Below, piece after piece: positions 61,215-64,000 of a DNA stretch of 64,000 nucleotides. Within the stretch, counting starts at the first letter, position 1; each line of letters starts with the position of its first letter. The stretch is taken from contig NW_020845647.1 in assembly GCF_003704095.1 (NCBI RefSeq), positions 248,001-312,000 on the forward strand, in the 5' to 3' direction. The DNA is from Pocillopora damicornis (Eukaryota). The notes beneath the pieces were generated by a model. It was not told the DNA's origin, did not search any database, and was given only the letters and a program-made list of their open reading frames with translations. A program made the position numbers and the translations under genes.

Positions 61215-63527
61215 ATGACGTACAGATTATGTTCGCGAGGAGTGAGCTCCTTGTTAACTCGGGCAACTCTGAGACTCTCACATCCTCAGGTACGCATGTA
61301 AACAGTTAACTCTATGTTTTTGTTTCATTTATGTTAGCTCTTCCCCTTGAGTTAGGCCTCAAGGAAAAATACATATCGATTTTTCAGCACATTAATTGTA
61401 CTAGTGCCGCCAAATAGTTCTCCTTGATTACTTTTTATGAACGATTGCTTCTTTTTTTTTTACTTATTGTAGTTGGCGCGGTACTCGTTTGGAGCAAAGC
61501 AATTGTTGCTGAGTCACAATGCAAGGAACTCTTGGTTACTTGGAAGAATTCTGAATTTTGATCCACCAAAGGGTAAATTTGATATGTTGTAGGGGTGGCT
61601 TTAAATTTGTGTAATCCTGATTTGCTTTAAACTTTTTCGGCGTGAGACGTGATGACTTTAAATTATTACGCACAATGTACGTGTTTGAGATGAAATTGTG
61701 AGTGCCTCGAGATCTCTCGCGAATTTAGTAGGAACCAGAAATCAGTTTGGTAGATAGGTCCTCAAGTAAAAATTTGAGAAGTCTAAAAGCAAATTAGATC
61801 ACTAAATTGTTTACTCGTTCCGAACTTCAACTTGACAAGAATTTGCTTCTTGACTACATTCGTCTACGTGAATTACATAACAGTCTGTTTTATCGTTAGA
61901 TCACAGTATTTCAACTTTACTTCTGTAAACATGTATATGCCAATGTTGAGCAGTTTTCTTCATTTAGCTTCAATAGTCCGTGTGATGCTTTGGTCCTCAA
62001 TCATAAAACATAAAGTTATCTTGTTTGTGTTACTCTCCGTTCTTTGAAGGATTTGAAAAATTTTATCCAAATGCATCAAAGAAGACATCAAATAAAGGTA
62101 AGATCAGATCATTTTTCTGCATTTGGAAGCCTTAATTGCTCTAGAAGTATCTAATTTGTGGCAATCTCTGACTTGGAATTTTAAATTACTCTCAATACTT
62201 TCTTATAATGTAGTTCAACATGTAAACTACAGTGTTTTACAAAGATTTCCAACCCTGAGAAGAGCTCTAACTAGACGCGTGTTCAACTTCATATCCTACC
62301 AGTTTGCTGCACTCACTTACGAGATGTTGAGTTCAACACTCAAAGTGAAACTCTTCATGTATTCTGTGTATTATTCTCTATATTCAAAATCAATATAACT
62401 TGAGTTAATATAAAGATTAAGTCAAACTTTAAAGTGAAGCTTCAGTGTGCACATCTGCTCGGCTGTTTACAGTGATGTTCACTTTAACTGCAATGCAGTT
62501 TGTTGTGGATAGTTAATGCAGTTTTGGGAACAGACATGCAGACTTAAAAGAAAATACAAATGTAAGTGAAATGTAGAATGCGTAATGCCATTTTCAAATA
62601 CCTGCTACTTTGCTATACACTGTACATTTATCTTTGATCGCAACAGACTCTAGTAAGAAAGAGAACTCGGATGTGAACAAGAGGGAAGCATCAGGGGGTG
62701 ATGATGGTGGTGGAGGAGGGGGAGGGAGCAGTGGCAAACCACCTGGCGATGACTGGTGGAAGACCCTCTTCGAAAATAATCCACAGGCTTTGATTGGTGG
62801 TGCAGTAGCTGCAGTCTTAGCTTTGTTATTTCTGATGTCTGAAAGGGACACTAGAGAAATAAACTGGCAAGAGTTCAGAACAAAATATCTTGAAAGGGGA
62901 GAGGTAAGATTTCATGTCTGTTCACCTTTGAAAAATTACCTCTAGAATACATTTTTCATTTTCTACAGCTGACATTTCAAGCCCTATTCCACTGCTGGAG
63001 TCCTGAGGAAGGGCCTTAGAAAATCCTTTTGATGGCCAATTTATAATGTCAACTCAGACGATAAAACTGAACTGCCTTGGAGTTGTTTATGCACAGACAT
63101 GATAAACTTTGTATACATGTTCATGTCATGGTTGAATTGTTTCCAGCTTTTAAAGTTTTCAAACCAGTTTTGATTTCTCTTTTCCTTGGTCTAGTATTCA
63201 ACTACCATAACCTACAACAAAGGGAAAGGGGAATTATATCGATTTGAAAAGAAAAAAAGAATTAAACTTCTTAAAACTATGAACCCCACCATTTTACTAG
63301 CAGTTGGTGTTCAAGGAGGCATAATCAAAAGTATCTTGTAGACTGTAGCAATTATACATGGGCACAAAGAGTACAAGTGTTTCAAATTTACAAATTACTT
63401 GTAATTAATACACAGTGTTCTTGAATAACACTCCATGTTTATTTTTGTTTTCTCCCCGTAGGTGGAAAAACTTGTTGTGTCAAACCAAAGTCTTGTGAAA
63501 GTTTTTCTGAAGAATGACCCCAACAAG
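61215..63527 (+). CDS. AFG3L2: Mitochondrial m-AAA protease subunit AFG3L2, 5' part (exons 61215-61289, 61473-61572, 62050-62097, 62647-62903, 63462-63527; continues beyond the window)
   Basis: Spliced product: Arg/Ser/Leu-rich presequence MTYRLCSRGVSSLLTRATLRL, PPKGFEKFYP, Gly-rich linker, DDWW, TM helix, REINWQEFRTKYLERGEVEKLVVSN. All junctions are GT-AG and in frame. Confidence 0.9.
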
Positions 63528-64000
63528 GTATAGTTTTTATTATGTGTAGTTTTACAGGGTTTTCATGAAGAAATTTAGCAGCAGAAGGGAAGTGCCATTT
63601 AATTGGAGAATATTCCCATCTGAATGAAAATTAAAAAAATTCTCAAGACATGGAAAATTATCATTGGAATTCTGTGGTGGCTGTAGAGTTTTGTGATCTC
63701 AAATACAGTACAAACACCATGGCTTTCACTCTAATGCCAGGTCTGGTGGAAGTGGGGTTCTTGGTAGATTGTAAGGGAGTGTACATGTTTTGTATATGTT
63801 ACTTTATAACATTTCAAAATTCGGTGTAGTAGTCAACCTAACTGAAACCTTTGCCAGTTCACAGGTTTATGTATCAAAGAGAGGAAAAACTACTTTTAGC
63901 AAAATTTTCAACTCTTTTTTTGGTGTGTTGTACAGTATCATCATATCTCAAGAGTTGACCAAACTATGACTTCTTCCAGTTCAGATTCACTGTGAAATGC

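Noticed and set aside
1-64000. CRISPR arrays, operons or other prokaryotic systems
   Set aside because: The sequence is eukaryotic (GT-AG introns, SINEs, microsatellites); there is no repeat-spacer array or cas gene.

Overview
AT-rich eukaryotic genomic DNA with spliceosomal introns and scaffold N-gaps. The repeat families and intronless GPCRs suggest a cnidarian, probably a stony coral (inference). From left to right the window holds: (1) four intronless + strand PP1 glycogen-targeting subunit genes (PPP1R3 family, RVxF + CBM21); (2) an aminergic-type GPCR; (3) a two-exon KIAA1143/DUF4604 gene; (4) an orphan 549-aa multi-pass membrane protein; (5) a gapped tandem array of at least three peptide-type GPCRs with a BEL/Pao gag relic and a convergent older paralog; (6) the first five coding exons of AFG3L2. 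Penelope-like fragments with minimal hammerhead ribozyme motifs, MITEs, tRNA-derived SINEs and a large (AGT)n field are interspersed. The main hidden structure is on the minus strand: heavily decayed PPP1R3 copies lie head-to-head upstream of genes 2, 3 and 4, and weakly of gene 1. The cluster therefore looks like a repeated [dead(-) <- -> live(+)] module with CRE or E-box motifs about 110-150 bp from the start codons. All alignments were done by eye and need computational confirmation.
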